Below, piece by piece: positions 11,320 through 20,158 of a stretch of 64,000 nucleotides of DNA. The stretch is from assembly GCA_032654565.1 (NCBI GenBank), contig JAULAX010000009.1, positions 299,642-363,641 of the forward strand, in the 5' to 3' direction. The notes below the pieces were generated by a model that worked only from the letters and a program-made list of their open reading frames with translations, did no database searches and was not told the origin of the DNA. Every line of letters begins with the position of its first letter. Position 1 is the stretch's first letter. The stretch is from Anaeromyxobacteraceae bacterium (GTDB lineage: Bacteria > Myxococcota > Myxococcia > Myxococcales > Anaeromyxobacteraceae). Position numbers and translations under genes: made by a program.

Positions 11320-13269
11320 TCATCCCCCCGGCCTGAAGCGCCGCTCGATCCGGGTCCGCAGCAGCTCCAGCAGCCCCTCCTCGGCCAGCCCGGCCTCCGG
11401 CGCCAGCCGCAGCGACAGCCCGCGCAGCCCCGCCACCGGCGCGCCGGGCGCCAGCGGCCTGGACCGGGCCCCACCCGGCACCAGCCGCAGCAGCTCCCGT
11501 GTCACCGGCGCCTCGTAGACCTCCAGGTAGAGCTCGGCGAAGCGGGCCAGCAGCTCCCGGACCTTCAGCCCCTCCTGCTGCGCCGGCAGGAGCTGGAAGC
11601 CGACGGTGACGCCACCCAGCGCCACCCGCTGCTCCACCACCAGCCCGAGCGCCTGCGAGACGGGCGCCAGCGCCTCCAGCCCCTCGGCCTCGCCGTAGCG
11701 CCAGTAGCTCCGCAGCACGCCGCCGCAGCGCGGGCAGACCACCCCGTGCCGCTCGTCGAGGCCGCGGGTGCGCAGCAGGTGCAGCCCCAGCACCGGCCGG
11801 CGGCAGCGCCCGCAGCGCTCCTCCGGCCCCAGGGCGCCGAGCACGGCGCGCGCCACTGCCGCCACCGCCCCGTGCTCCAGCGCCAGCCGGACCCCGGCCG
11901 CCAGCCCCGCCTCGGCCAGCTGCGGCCCGGCCACCACCTCCTCGTCGCCGAGCCGCGCCCCCACCTCGAGGTGGCGCGGCGCCCGGGCCAGCGCCTCGGC
12001 GAAGGCCGGCGCCCCCGGCCAGGCCGCCCGCATCACCTCCCAGCGCGCCGCCAGCCCGGCCGCCTCGGCCACCGCGGGCGGCGGGCGATCCCCGGCCGCC
12101 TCCAGCAGGAAGGCCAGCACCGTCAGCCCCGCCTCCCACGGCGAGCGGGTGGCCGCCTCCTCCAGCCAGCGGGCCAGGGTCCGGGCCGGGGCCCCGGCCC
12201 GGGCCAGGTCGAGCCGGGCCGCGCTCCGGCGCACCAGGGCGCTCTCCGCCAGCGGGTCGAACGGCCGCCGCGCCACCGCGCCGGCTCCCTTCTTCTCGAG
12301 ATCGCTCATCACGCTCCGTCGCTCCCTTCCCAGCACCTTCGCCGCCCGGGCCACGGCGTCGAGCCGCGCCAGCGCATCGGCGCCGGCCGCCGCCGCCTCG
12401 GCCCCCAGCGCGGCCGCCTCCTCCTCGAGGAGGTCGCGCCCCTCCCGCCGCCGCGCCTGGCTCTCCCGCCAGAGCCGGGCCGTCTCGGTGTGCTCCAGCC
12501 GGTCGCGCTCGCGGGTGAGCGACGCCGCCACCCGCCGCAGCTGCTCGACCCGCCGCTCGAGGTGGGCCCGCCGCTCCTCGGCCGTCAGGTCGCCGGGCGG
12601 CTCGCCGGCCCCCACCTTCTCGGCCATCAGCTCCAGCGCGGTCCGGTCCTGGGCCGCCCAGGCGGCGTTGACGCGGGCCATCAGGTCGCCGAGCCGCCGC
12701 CGCTCCTCGTCGGTCTGCGCCAGGTCGGGGTGGAGCAGCCGCGCCAGCCGACGGTAGAGCTGCTTCAGCTCGGCGGCCAGCTTCTCGGCGGTGGGCACCT
12801 CCACCGGCTGTTCCACGGGGCCTGGCCTGGCCGCGGCCGCGGCCGCGTCATCGTCCTCGGCCGTCGCCGCCTCGGGGCCGGCGCCCCACGGCCGCGCCGC
12901 CACCGCCCGCCGGACCGCCGCCCCGGCGCGCCGCGCCCCCTTCCGCGGGGCCCCGCCGCGCGTCGCCGCCACCCGGGCCCGCTCCAGCTCCAGCGCCTCG
13001 GCGAGGGCGCGCAGCCGTCGCACCAGCCGGGCCCGGCGCGCCAGGTCGGCGTCGGGCGGGCCGAGCCGACGCTCCACCTCGGCGGCGAAGCGGTCGAGCT
13101 CGGCGGAGAGCGCCTCGACCTCGGCGTCGAGCGCCCCCACCTGCCCGAGCAGGTCGGCCAGCAGGGCCTGCGCCTCGGCGTCCGGGTGGGGCGGGCGCTC
13201 GCCCACCGGCACCAGGGCCCGGCGGGTGGCCAGGTGGCGCTCGTCGCTCGCCCTGTGGCGCCGGTCCAT
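11320..13269 (-). CDS. Coiled-coil / J-domain protein with C-terminal CxxC..CxxC zinc ribbon
   Basis: LKQLYRRLARLLHPDL (HPD motif); CGRC and CPRC. Confidence 0.8.
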   Translation of the reverse strand: MDRRHRASDERHLATRRALVPVGERPPHPDAEAQALLADLLGQVGALDAEVEALSAELDRFAAEVERRLGPPDADLARRARLVRRLRALAEALELERARVAATRGGAPRKGARRAGAAVRRAVAARPWGAGPEAATAEDDDAAAAAARPGPVEQPVEVPTAEKLAAELKQLYRRLARLLHPDLAQTDEERRRLGDLMARVNAAWAAQDRTALELMAEKVGAGEPPGDLTAEERRAHLERRVEQLRRVAASLTRERDRLEHTETARLWRESQARRREGRDLLEEEAAALGAEAAAAGADALARLDAVARAAKVLGRERRSVMSDLEKKGAGAVARRPFDPLAESALVRRSAARLDLARAGAPARTLARWLEEAATRSPWEAGLTVLAFLLEAAGDRPPPAVAEAAGLAARWEVMRAAWPGAPAFAEALARAPRHLEVGARLGDEEVVAGPQLAEAGLAAGVRLALEHGAVAAVARAVLGALGPEERCGRCRRPVLGLHLLRTRGLDERHGVVCPRCGGVLRSYWRYGEAEGLEALAPVSQALGLVVEQRVALGGVTVGFQLLPAQQEGLKVRELLARFAELYLEVYEAPVTRELLRLVPGGARSRPLAPGAPVAGLRGLSLRLAPEAGLAEEGLLELLRTRIERRFRPGG

Positions 13270-13408
13270 AGGCGGCGGAGCATAAGGCGGCGGTCCACCG
13301 CTGGCCACCCCGGGCGCGCCCCGGCGCGAAGGGCGCGGGGGCCCGAAAGAGAAGGGCGGCCGCCCCGTGGGGGGCGCCGCCCTCTGCACCAGCTCCAGCC
13401 GGTAGCGG

Positions 13409-13648
13409 CTAGGTCTTCTTGGGCTCGTCCTTCTTGTCGCCCTTGTGCTTGCAGTGCTCGCAAGCGCACTTGTCGCCGCACTTGCACTTGCCGTCAGCGC
13501 CCTTGCACTGGCAGCCCTTGTCGTCCTTCTTCTGGGCCTGGGCGGTGTCGTTCTTGTGCGGGCAGCTCTTGGCGCAGTCGTCGCAGGCCGAGGCCGGGGT
13601 GGCGAAGAAGGCGAGGGCGGCGGCGGCGCCGAGGAGGTACTTCATCAT
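13409..13648 (-). CDS. Small secreted Cys/Lys-rich metallothionein-like protein (79 aa)
   Basis: AAGGAG RBS; signal peptide MMKYLLGAAAALAFFATPASA; 58-aa mature part with 10 Cys in CxxC/CxC patterns and 3 His. Confidence 0.8.
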   Translation of the reverse strand: MMKYLLGAAAALAFFATPASACDDCAKSCPHKNDTAQAQKKDDKGCQCKGADGKCKCGDKCACEHCKHKGDKKDEPKKT

Positions 13649-13703
13649 GTGGTGCTCCTTGGTATGCGGCCGCGCAGCGGCCTGGGTTGCGCTTGAGGCG
13701 GCC

Positions 13704-13733
13704 AACATAGGCCCGCCGTTTCACGCCTGTCAA
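13704..13733 (-). promoter_or_regulatory. Sigma70-type promoter for the metallothionein-like gene
   Basis: TTGACA-18 nt-TATGTT on the minus strand. Confidence 0.6.
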
Positions 13734-13822
13734 TGTGGCGTGGCCCCGCGCCGGGCGCGTCCCCGGCCGCCTCCCCGGGGCTGTTTGTGCGTGGCGGAAT
13801 CAGCGGTTAGAGTGCGCCCCCG

Positions 13823-14947
13823 ATGAACCACCTCGACCCCGACAAGCTGCTGGCCCTCCTGCGCGATCCCAACGTCGAGAGCGCCCAGATCGCCGAGGCG
13901 GTCGGCGTCCCGCGCGAGGAGGCCGGCCGCGCCGCGCGCCTCCTGCTGACGCTCGGTCGCGCCAAGGCCGAGGAGGTGGCCACCCTGCCCGCCCCGCTGG
14001 CCGCCGCCGTGCTCCACGCCGCCGCCCTGGCCGGCCGCGTCGACCTGGTGGCGGCGCTGGCGGCCCGCGAGGAGAAGGAGGTCTCCAAGGAGGCCAAGCG
14101 GCAGCTCCACAAGCTGAAGCTGCGCGGCGTGGTCATCCCCGAGCCGCCCCCCCTGGCCCCGGCCCTGACGCCCCCGCCCGAGGCGCCGCCGGTCGCCTAC
14201 GGCTCCACCTTCGACGGCCACGGCGAGCGCGCCGTCTGGCTCCCCCGCAACGTGCCGGGGCGCGGGCTGGAGGTGGCCCAGGCGGTCTGCTCCGACCAGC
14301 GCGGCCTCATCGAGCTCCACCTCGGCCTGGTGGGGCGCAAGGAGTGGCGCGCCTTCGTGAAGGGGCTGCTGGACCGCGCCGCCGCCATGGGCGTCTCCGA
14401 GCTGGCCTGGGGCGAGGCCCACGCCCGCATCGCCGCGGCGCGCGCCGGCAACGAGCGCTCCGGGCAGCGGGTGCCCGACGGCGCCGACCAGTGGCTCGGC
14501 CAGCTCGGCCCGCCGCCCCTCCCCGCCAACCCGGCCGCGGCGCTGCCGCCGCTCGACCCGGTGGCGGAGGGCGCGGCGCTGGCGGCCTCGGCGGCCCTGC
14601 ACGATCACCCGCTGCTGCGCGGCTGGCTGGCCGAGGAGCCCTTCCTGCGCGAGGTGGCGACGGCGCTCGACGCGGTGGAGAAGTCACCGCTGGCGCTCGA
14701 GGCCGCCGAGAAGGCGGCGCGGCGGCGGGAGCTGGTGCAGGAGGCGGTGGCGCGGTACTTCACCCCGGAGCGGCGCGCCCGGCTGGCCAGCCGGCTGCTG
14801 GAGGTGGCGGCCTGGTTCGCCGGGGCCGGCCACGCCGAGCAGGCGGCGCAGGCGGCCGCCGCGGCCCGGGCCCTGGCCGCCGGGGTCCCGCCCGGCCAGC
14901 TCCCCTTCGCCGCCCGGCTCGTCGAGAAGGCCTTCAAGGTCGAATGA
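13823..14947 (+). CDS. Hypothetical protein (first gene of an overlapping four-gene unit ending in rseP)
   Basis: Long ORF with host-like codon usage; its TGA overlaps the next ATG. Confidence 0.8.
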   Translation: MNHLDPDKLLALLRDPNVESAQIAEAVGVPREEAGRAARLLLTLGRAKAEEVATLPAPLAAAVLHAAALAGRVDLVAALAAREEKEVSKEAKRQLHKLKLRGVVIPEPPPLAPALTPPPEAPPVAYGSTFDGHGERAVWLPRNVPGRGLEVAQAVCSDQRGLIELHLGLVGRKEWRAFVKGLLDRAAAMGVSELAWGEAHARIAAARAGNERSGQRVPDGADQWLGQLGPPPLPANPAAALPPLDPVAEGAALAASAALHDHPLLRGWLAEEPFLREVATALDAVEKSPLALEAAEKAARRRELVQEAVARYFTPERRARLASRLLEVAAWFAGAGHAEQAAQAAAAARALAAGVPPGQLPFAARLVEKAFKVE

Positions 14948-15366
14948 CCGGTCACCGCAACCCTGCGCCCACCGTGGACGTGGTCATCTCGCTGCCCGGC
15001 GACCGGGTGGTGCTGGTGGCGCGCCGCTTCGAGCCGGTGGGCTGGGCGCTCCCCGGCGGCTTCGTCGACGAGGGCGAGACGGTGGAGGCGGCGGCGGTGC
15101 GCGAGGCCCGCGAGGAGACCGGCCTCTCGGTGACGCTCACCGACCTGCTCTGGGTCTACTCCGATCCCCGCCGCGACGCCCGCCGCCACACCCTGAGCAC
15201 CGTCTTCCTGGGGCGCGCCGACGGCCAGCCGCGCGGCGGCGACGACGCCGCCGAGGCCCGGGCCTTCGCCTGGGGGGCGCTGCCGGCGGCGCTCTGCTTC
15301 GACCACGCCGAGATCCTCGCCGACGCCCGGCGCCTGCTCCTCACCGGCACCCGGCGCCGCCCGTGA
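14944..15366 (+). CDS. NUDIX hydrolase
   Basis: Nudix box GGFVDEGETVEAAAVREAREETGL; SDPRRD and GDDA motifs. Confidence 0.93.
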   Translation: MTGHRNPAPTVDVVISLPGDRVVLVARRFEPVGWALPGGFVDEGETVEAAAVREAREETGLSVTLTDLLWVYSDPRRDARRHTLSTVFLGRADGQPRGGDDAAEARAFAWGALPAALCFDHAEILADARRLLLTGTRRRP

Positions 15367-15905
15367 CCGCCCCGCTCTCCACGGCGGAGCGCTCCGCCCT
15401 CCTGCAGCTGGCCCGCGCCGGCGTCGCCCACCGGCTCGGCGCCGGCCCGGCGCCGCACCTGCCCGCCGACCCGCCCCTCCAGGCCGCCCGCGCCGCCTTC
15501 GTCACCCTGCTCGTCGGCGGCGAGGTCCGGGCCAGCCTCGGGGCCCTGGCGCCGGAGGGGCCGCTGGCGGCCACCGTGGCCCGGCTGGCCGCCCGGGCCG
15601 CCCTGGACGACCCGCGCCAGCCGCCGCTCACCCCGGCCGAGCTCCCCGGGCTCTCGATCCGGGTGGCGGTGCTCGGCCCGCTGCGACCGCTCTCGGCCGG
15701 CCCGCCGCGCCCCGGCCTGGACGGCGCCGCGGTGACGCGGGGCTGGCACCGGGGGCTGCTGCTCCCGTCGGCGGCCGCCGGGAAGGATTGGCCCCCCGAG
15801 ACGTTCATCAAGCACGCGTGCCTCGCGGCCGGCCTGCCGGCCCGCGCGCACCTCGAGCCGGATGCCCGGGTCGAGATCTTCGAGGTCGAGGAGTTCAGCG
15901 AGTGA
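15363..15905 (+). CDS. AMMECR1-domain (AmmeMemoRadiSam protein A-like) protein, degenerate
   Basis: AAFVTL, AALDDPRQPPL..EL, GLLLPS; the usual LRGCIG reads VRASLG. Confidence 0.82.
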   Translation: MTAPLSTAERSALLQLARAGVAHRLGAGPAPHLPADPPLQAARAAFVTLLVGGEVRASLGALAPEGPLAATVARLAARAALDDPRQPPLTPAELPGLSIRVAVLGPLRPLSAGPPRPGLDGAAVTRGWHRGLLLPSAAAGKDWPPETFIKHACLAAGLPARAHLEPDARVEIFEVEEFSE

Positions 15906-16951
15906 TCACTGCACTGTCCATCATCGCCGCCATCCTGGCGGTCTCCGGCCTGATCGTCCTCCACGAGGCCGGCCACATGTGGGTGGCCCGCTGGCTGGGG
16001 ATGCGCATCGAGCGGTTCAGCGTCGGCTTCGGGCCGGTGCTCTGGTCGACCACCCGGGGCGGGACCGAGTACGCGGTCTCGGCGCTGCCGCTCGGCGGCT
16101 ACGTCAAGATCGCCGGCATGACCGCCAGCGACGAGGTCGCCCCCGGCGATCCCACCGCCTTCTGCAACAAGCCGGCGTGGCGCCGGGTGCTGGTGCTGGC
16201 GGCCGGGCCAGGCGCCAACTACCTGGCGGCGGTGGTGCTGGCGGTGGGGCTGCTGGCCTCGGTGGGGCTGCCCGCCCCCGACGGCTCCTCCCGCGTCGGC
16301 GACCTGACCCCGGGCATGCCGGGCGCGCCGGCCGGCCTGGAGACCGGCGACCGGATCGTCGCCGTCGACGGCAAGCCCATGGGCGACTGGTACGCGCTGG
16401 TGGCCGAGCTGCAGCGCCACCCCGGGCAGGAGGTCGAGCTCACCATCGAGCGCGGCGAGCCGGCCCGCCGGCAGCCGCTCCGGCTCACACCCAGGAACGA
16501 CGGCGGCGTGGGCCGGGTCGGCTTCCGGCCCTTCACGGTGCGCCGGCAGCTCGGCCCCGTCGACGCGCTGGTGGAGGGCTTCGCGGCCACCAACGCCCGG
16601 GCCTGGGACAACCTGGTGGGGCTGGCGCAGGTGGTGAAGCGGGAGCAGAAGGCCGAGCTGTCCGGCCCCATCGGCATCGGCCAGGAGCTGGTGCGCGGGG
16701 CCAGGCTGGGGGTCGATCGCTTCCTCACCATCGTCTGGAACGTCTCCATCGCCCTGGCGCTGCTCAACCTGCTGCCGCTGCCGGCCCTCGACGGCGGCCG
16801 CCTGGTCTTCATCGCCATCGAGGTGGTGACCCGCCGGCGGGTCAGCGAGCGGATCGAGGGGATCGTCCACGGCATCGGCTTCGCCGCGCTCCTGCTGCTG
16901 CTGGTGGGGGTCACCATCTTCGGCGACCTGGCCCGGATGCTGGGCAAGTAG
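15902..16951 (+). CDS. rseP: RIP/site-2 zinc metalloprotease with PDZ domain (M50)
   Basis: HEAGH, FSVGFGP, LPLGGYVKI, AGPGAN, NLLPLPALDGG. Confidence 0.93.
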   Translation: MITALSIIAAILAVSGLIVLHEAGHMWVARWLGMRIERFSVGFGPVLWSTTRGGTEYAVSALPLGGYVKIAGMTASDEVAPGDPTAFCNKPAWRRVLVLAAGPGANYLAAVVLAVGLLASVGLPAPDGSSRVGDLTPGMPGAPAGLETGDRIVAVDGKPMGDWYALVAELQRHPGQEVELTIERGEPARRQPLRLTPRNDGGVGRVGFRPFTVRRQLGPVDALVEGFAATNARAWDNLVGLAQVVKREQKAELSGPIGIGQELVRGARLGVDRFLTIVWNVSIALALLNLLPLPALDGGRLVFIAIEVVTRRRVSERIEGIVHGIGFAALLLLLVGVTIFGDLARMLGK

Positions 16952-17028
16952 CGCCGGCCGGGCGCGTCCCGCCTGCCGGGCGGGCTGGCGGGCTGGGCGC
17001 CGCCGCCGCCGCCCGTTAGGATGACCCC

Positions 17029-17676
17029 ATGCCGGTGACCGTCCTCTACTTCGCCGCGGCGCGCGACGCCGCCGGCGCCGTCCACGAAGCGCTCGACCCG
17101 GTCCCCCCCACGGTGGGCGACCTGCGCCGCCTCCTCCTCGAGCGCCGCCCCGGGCTCGGGCCGGTGCTGGCGAGGAGCCGGGTGGCCGTCGACGGCCGCT
17201 TCGCCGGCGACGAGTCAGCGCTCCACGACGGCGCCGAGGTGGCCATCATCCCCCCGGTGGCCGGGGGGGCGCCGGCCTGCGCCGTGGTCGACCGGCCGCT
17301 CCGGCTCGACGAGGTGGTCGAGGCGGTCTCCTCGACCGGGCTCGGCGGCCTGGTCACCTTCACCGGGGTGGTCCGCGACAGCTCCCACGGCCGGCGCGTC
17401 GAGCGGCTGGAGTACCAGGCCTACCAGGGCATGGCCGAGCAGGCCCTGGCCCGGATCGCCGAGGAGGTGGGGGCCCGCCACGGCTGCCGGGCGGCGGTGA
17501 TCCACCGCGTCGGGGTGCTCCAGCCCGGCGAGGCGGCGGTGGTCATCGCCTGCGCCGCGCCCCACCGGGCGGCGGCCTTCCAGGCCTGCCAGGAGGTGCT
17601 GGAGCGGCTCAAGGCGGAGGTCCCCATCTGGAAGCGGGAGGTCTTCAGCGACGGCGCCCAGTGGGTGGGGATGTGA
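17029..17676 (+). CDS. moaE: Fused molybdopterin synthase MoaD-MoaE (MoaX-type)
   Basis: VLYFAAARD..IIPPVAGG (MoaD) runs in frame into FTGVVRD..LEYQAY..HRVG..PHR..PIWKRE (MoaE). Confidence 0.92.
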   Translation: MPVTVLYFAAARDAAGAVHEALDPVPPTVGDLRRLLLERRPGLGPVLARSRVAVDGRFAGDESALHDGAEVAIIPPVAGGAPACAVVDRPLRLDEVVEAVSSTGLGGLVTFTGVVRDSSHGRRVERLEYQAYQGMAEQALARIAEEVGARHGCRAAVIHRVGVLQPGEAAVVIACAAPHRAAAFQACQEVLERLKAEVPIWKREVFSDGAQWVGM

Positions 17677-17746
17677 GCGGGCGCCACCGACTCGCGGTCG
17701 AGGGGGGCTCGCGGTATCCTCGGCCGATGTGGAGAGGCTCCCCCCG

Positions 17747-18103
17747 GTGAAGGTGCTCATCGCCGATGACGATCGGCTGGTCCGGGCCATGCTGGGCGAC
17801 CTGCTGGTCGAGCTCGGGCACCAGGTGATCGCCGCCCAGGACGGGGCCGAGGCCGTCAAGCTCTGCGACGGCGCCACCCCCGACCTGCTCATCCTCGACT
17901 TCCTCATGCCCCGCCTCTCCGGCCTCGACGCCCTGCTGGAGATCCGGCGGCGCCACGCGGTGCCGGCCCTGCTCCTCACCGCCATCAACCAGGGGAGCCT
18001 GCGCGGCGTCGAGGGGGTCGAGCAGGTGCAGGGGCTCCTGGAGAAGCCCTTCACCCGGAAGTCGCTGGAGCGGGCCATCCACGGGGCCGTGCCCGGTCGA
18101 TGA
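17747..18103 (+). CDS. Single-domain response regulator
   Basis: KVLIADDD, LLILDFLMP, EKPF; alternative start at 17729. Confidence 0.9.
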   Translation: MKVLIADDDRLVRAMLGDLLVELGHQVIAAQDGAEAVKLCDGATPDLLILDFLMPRLSGLDALLEIRRRHAVPALLLTAINQGSLRGVEGVEQVQGLLEKPFTRKSLERAIHGAVPGR

Positions 18104-19026
18104 ACCTCTTCCGCATCCTCTTCCTGCTGCTGCTGCTGGCCGCGCTGACGCCGCTGCTGCTGCTGGTGCTGGTGCTCCGCGCCAACGGGGTGGACGTGGT
18201 CCCCCCGTCGCTGGCCGCCGGGGGCGCGGCGGTGCTGCTGGCGCTGCTCATCTCCATGGTGCTGGCCCGGCGGGTCACCACGCCGCTCGACGCGCTGGTG
18301 CACGGCGCCCTCGACATCGCCCGCGGCCGCTTCGGCCACCAGGTGCCCCACACCGGCCGGACCGAGCTGAGCGACCTGGCCTACACCTTCAACTTCATGT
18401 CGAGCCAGCTGGCGCAGTACGACAAGGACAACGCCCGGCTCTACGCGGCGCTGGAGCGCGGCTACCTGGAGACCATCCGGGCGCTGGCCTCGGCCATCGA
18501 CGCCAAGGACCCGTACACCCGGGGCCACTCCGAGCGGGTGGCCAAGCTGGCGGTGGAGATCGGGCGGGAGCTTCAGCTCGACGACGCCACCCTCCGCATC
18601 CTCGAGTTCGGCGGCATCCTCCACGACGTCGGCAAGATCGGCATCCCCGAGACGGTGCTGGGCAAGCCGGCCCGGCTCACCCCCGAGGAGTTCAAGGTGG
18701 TCCGCAGCCACGCCGCCATCGGCGCCGAGATCGTCGAGGGAGTGGAGTTCCTCAAGGGCGCCGAGCCGGCCATCCGCCACCACCACGAGCGGTGGGACGG
18801 GCGGGGCTACCCCGACGGCCTGGCCGGCGACGCCATCCCGCTCATCGCCCGCATCGTCAACGCCGCCGACACCTGGGACGCCTGCACCTCGGAGCGCCCG
18901 TACCACCAGGCGGCCACGGTCGAGGAGGGGATCTCCATCCTCGCCGAGAGCCGGGGGGCGCAGCTCGACCCGGTGGTCCACGACGCCATCCTCCGGGCCC
19001 TGACCAGGCTGGGACACCTCCACTGA
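18100..19026 (+). CDS. Membrane-anchored HAMP + HD-GYP phosphodiesterase
   Basis: Two TM helices, HAMP, DAKDPYTRGHSERV, LHDVGK, HHERWDGRGYPDGL. Confidence 0.93.
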   Translation: MNLFRILFLLLLLAALTPLLLLVLVLRANGVDVVPPSLAAGGAAVLLALLISMVLARRVTTPLDALVHGALDIARGRFGHQVPHTGRTELSDLAYTFNFMSSQLAQYDKDNARLYAALERGYLETIRALASAIDAKDPYTRGHSERVAKLAVEIGRELQLDDATLRILEFGGILHDVGKIGIPETVLGKPARLTPEEFKVVRSHAAIGAEIVEGVEFLKGAEPAIRHHHERWDGRGYPDGLAGDAIPLIARIVNAADTWDACTSERPYHQAATVEEGISILAESRGAQLDPVVHDAILRALTRLGHLH

Positions 19027-19034
19027 GCCGTCGC

Positions 19035-19664
19035 GTGACCCGCCTCGCCATCCTCGACCTCGACGGCACCCTGCTCGACACGCTCGACGACCTGGCCGGC
19101 TCGGTCAACGCCGCGCTGGCCGCGGTCGGCCTGCCGCCCCGGCAGCGGCCGGAGATCGAGCGCTTCGTCGGCGAGGGGGCCCGGGTGCTGCTGGCCCGGG
19201 CGGTGGCGCCCCACCACCAGCTCCTCGAGCCGGCCCTGGCCGCCTGGTGGGGCCACTACCGGGCCCACTGCCTCGACGGGACCCGCCCCTTCCCCGGCAT
19301 CCCCGCCCTGCTCACCCGCAGCGGGCGCCGCCTGGCCGTCCACACCAACAAGCCCGGCGCGCTGGCCCGCCAGATCCTCGCCGGCCTCGGCCTGCGGGAC
19401 CGCTTCGCCGTGGTCACCGGGGGCGACGAGGGGCCGCGCAAGCCCCACCCCGGCGCCACCCTGGCCATCATGCGGCGGCTGGGGGCCCGGCCGGCCGACA
19501 CCGTCTTCATCGGCGACAGCCCCACCGACGTGCGGACGGCGCGCGCCGCCGGGGTCCGCATGGTGGGGGTCTCCTGGGGCTTCCGGCCGGAGGCCGAGCT
19601 GCGGGCGGCCGGCGCGGTGACCGTGGTCAGCCGCGTGGCGGAGCTGGCGCCGTGGCTGGCGTGA
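19035..19664 (+). CDS. HAD-family phosphatase (phosphoglycolate phosphatase-like)
   Basis: DLDGTLLDT, TNK, KPHP, IGDSPTD. Confidence 0.9.
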   Translation: MTRLAILDLDGTLLDTLDDLAGSVNAALAAVGLPPRQRPEIERFVGEGARVLLARAVAPHHQLLEPALAAWWGHYRAHCLDGTRPFPGIPALLTRSGRRLAVHTNKPGALARQILAGLGLRDRFAVVTGGDEGPRKPHPGATLAIMRRLGARPADTVFIGDSPTDVRTARAAGVRMVGVSWGFRPEAELRAAGAVTVVSRVAELAPWLA

Positions 19665-19756
19665 GGCGCGGCGGCCGGGGGCGCGGGGGCGGCGGACGCG
19701 GCGGCGCCCCCGGACGGAAACTGGCCCGCCCGTCGGGGCCGAAATACCTTGCCCCC

Positions 19757-20092
19757 ATGCTGAAGGCGCTGAAGCTGCTGGTGCTGGTCGGGCTGGTCGC
19801 CGGCCTCCTCTTCCTGCTCCCCTTCGGCGGCCGCACCCTCTTCGACCGCTGGCGGGCGGCCCGCGGCCCCGGCGACTTCGCGGCCCGCACCTGGGCCGAG
19901 ATGCGCGGCGGCCCGGTCCCCCCGGACCCGGCCCCGCCGCCAACCGCCCGGAAGGCGAAGCCGGCCAAGCCCGCGGCGGCCGGGGAGCCGCCGCCCGGCG
20001 CCGACCAGCCGCTGGAGACCACCACCGACGCCGAGCGCAAGTCGCTCGACAAGCTGCTCGACCAGCACCTCTCCGAGAAGCCCAAGCGCTGA
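19757..20092 (+). CDS. Hypothetical protein with N-terminal membrane anchor
   Basis: MLKALKLLVLVGLVAGLLFLLP..GRTLFDRW; C-terminal ERKSLDKLL. Confidence 0.7.
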   Translation: MLKALKLLVLVGLVAGLLFLLPFGGRTLFDRWRAARGPGDFAARTWAEMRGGPVPPDPAPPPTARKAKPAKPAAAGEPPPGADQPLETTTDAERKSLDKLLDQHLSEKPKR

Positions 20093-20158
20093 AACGGCGG
20101 GCGCTTCCGGCCGGTTCGGGGTTGCCATCGGAGCCGGGCTCGCGGTACACACCCCGCC

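Noticed and set aside
11265..11322. Hairpin after the TGA of the J-domain gene
   Set aside because: GC-rich stem without a SECIS-like loop or spacing; no redox motif
17674..17705. Possible Sec readthrough of the moaD-moaE TGA
   Set aside because: Only a weak 4-bp stem follows, the domain is already complete, and there is no Cys-equivalent context
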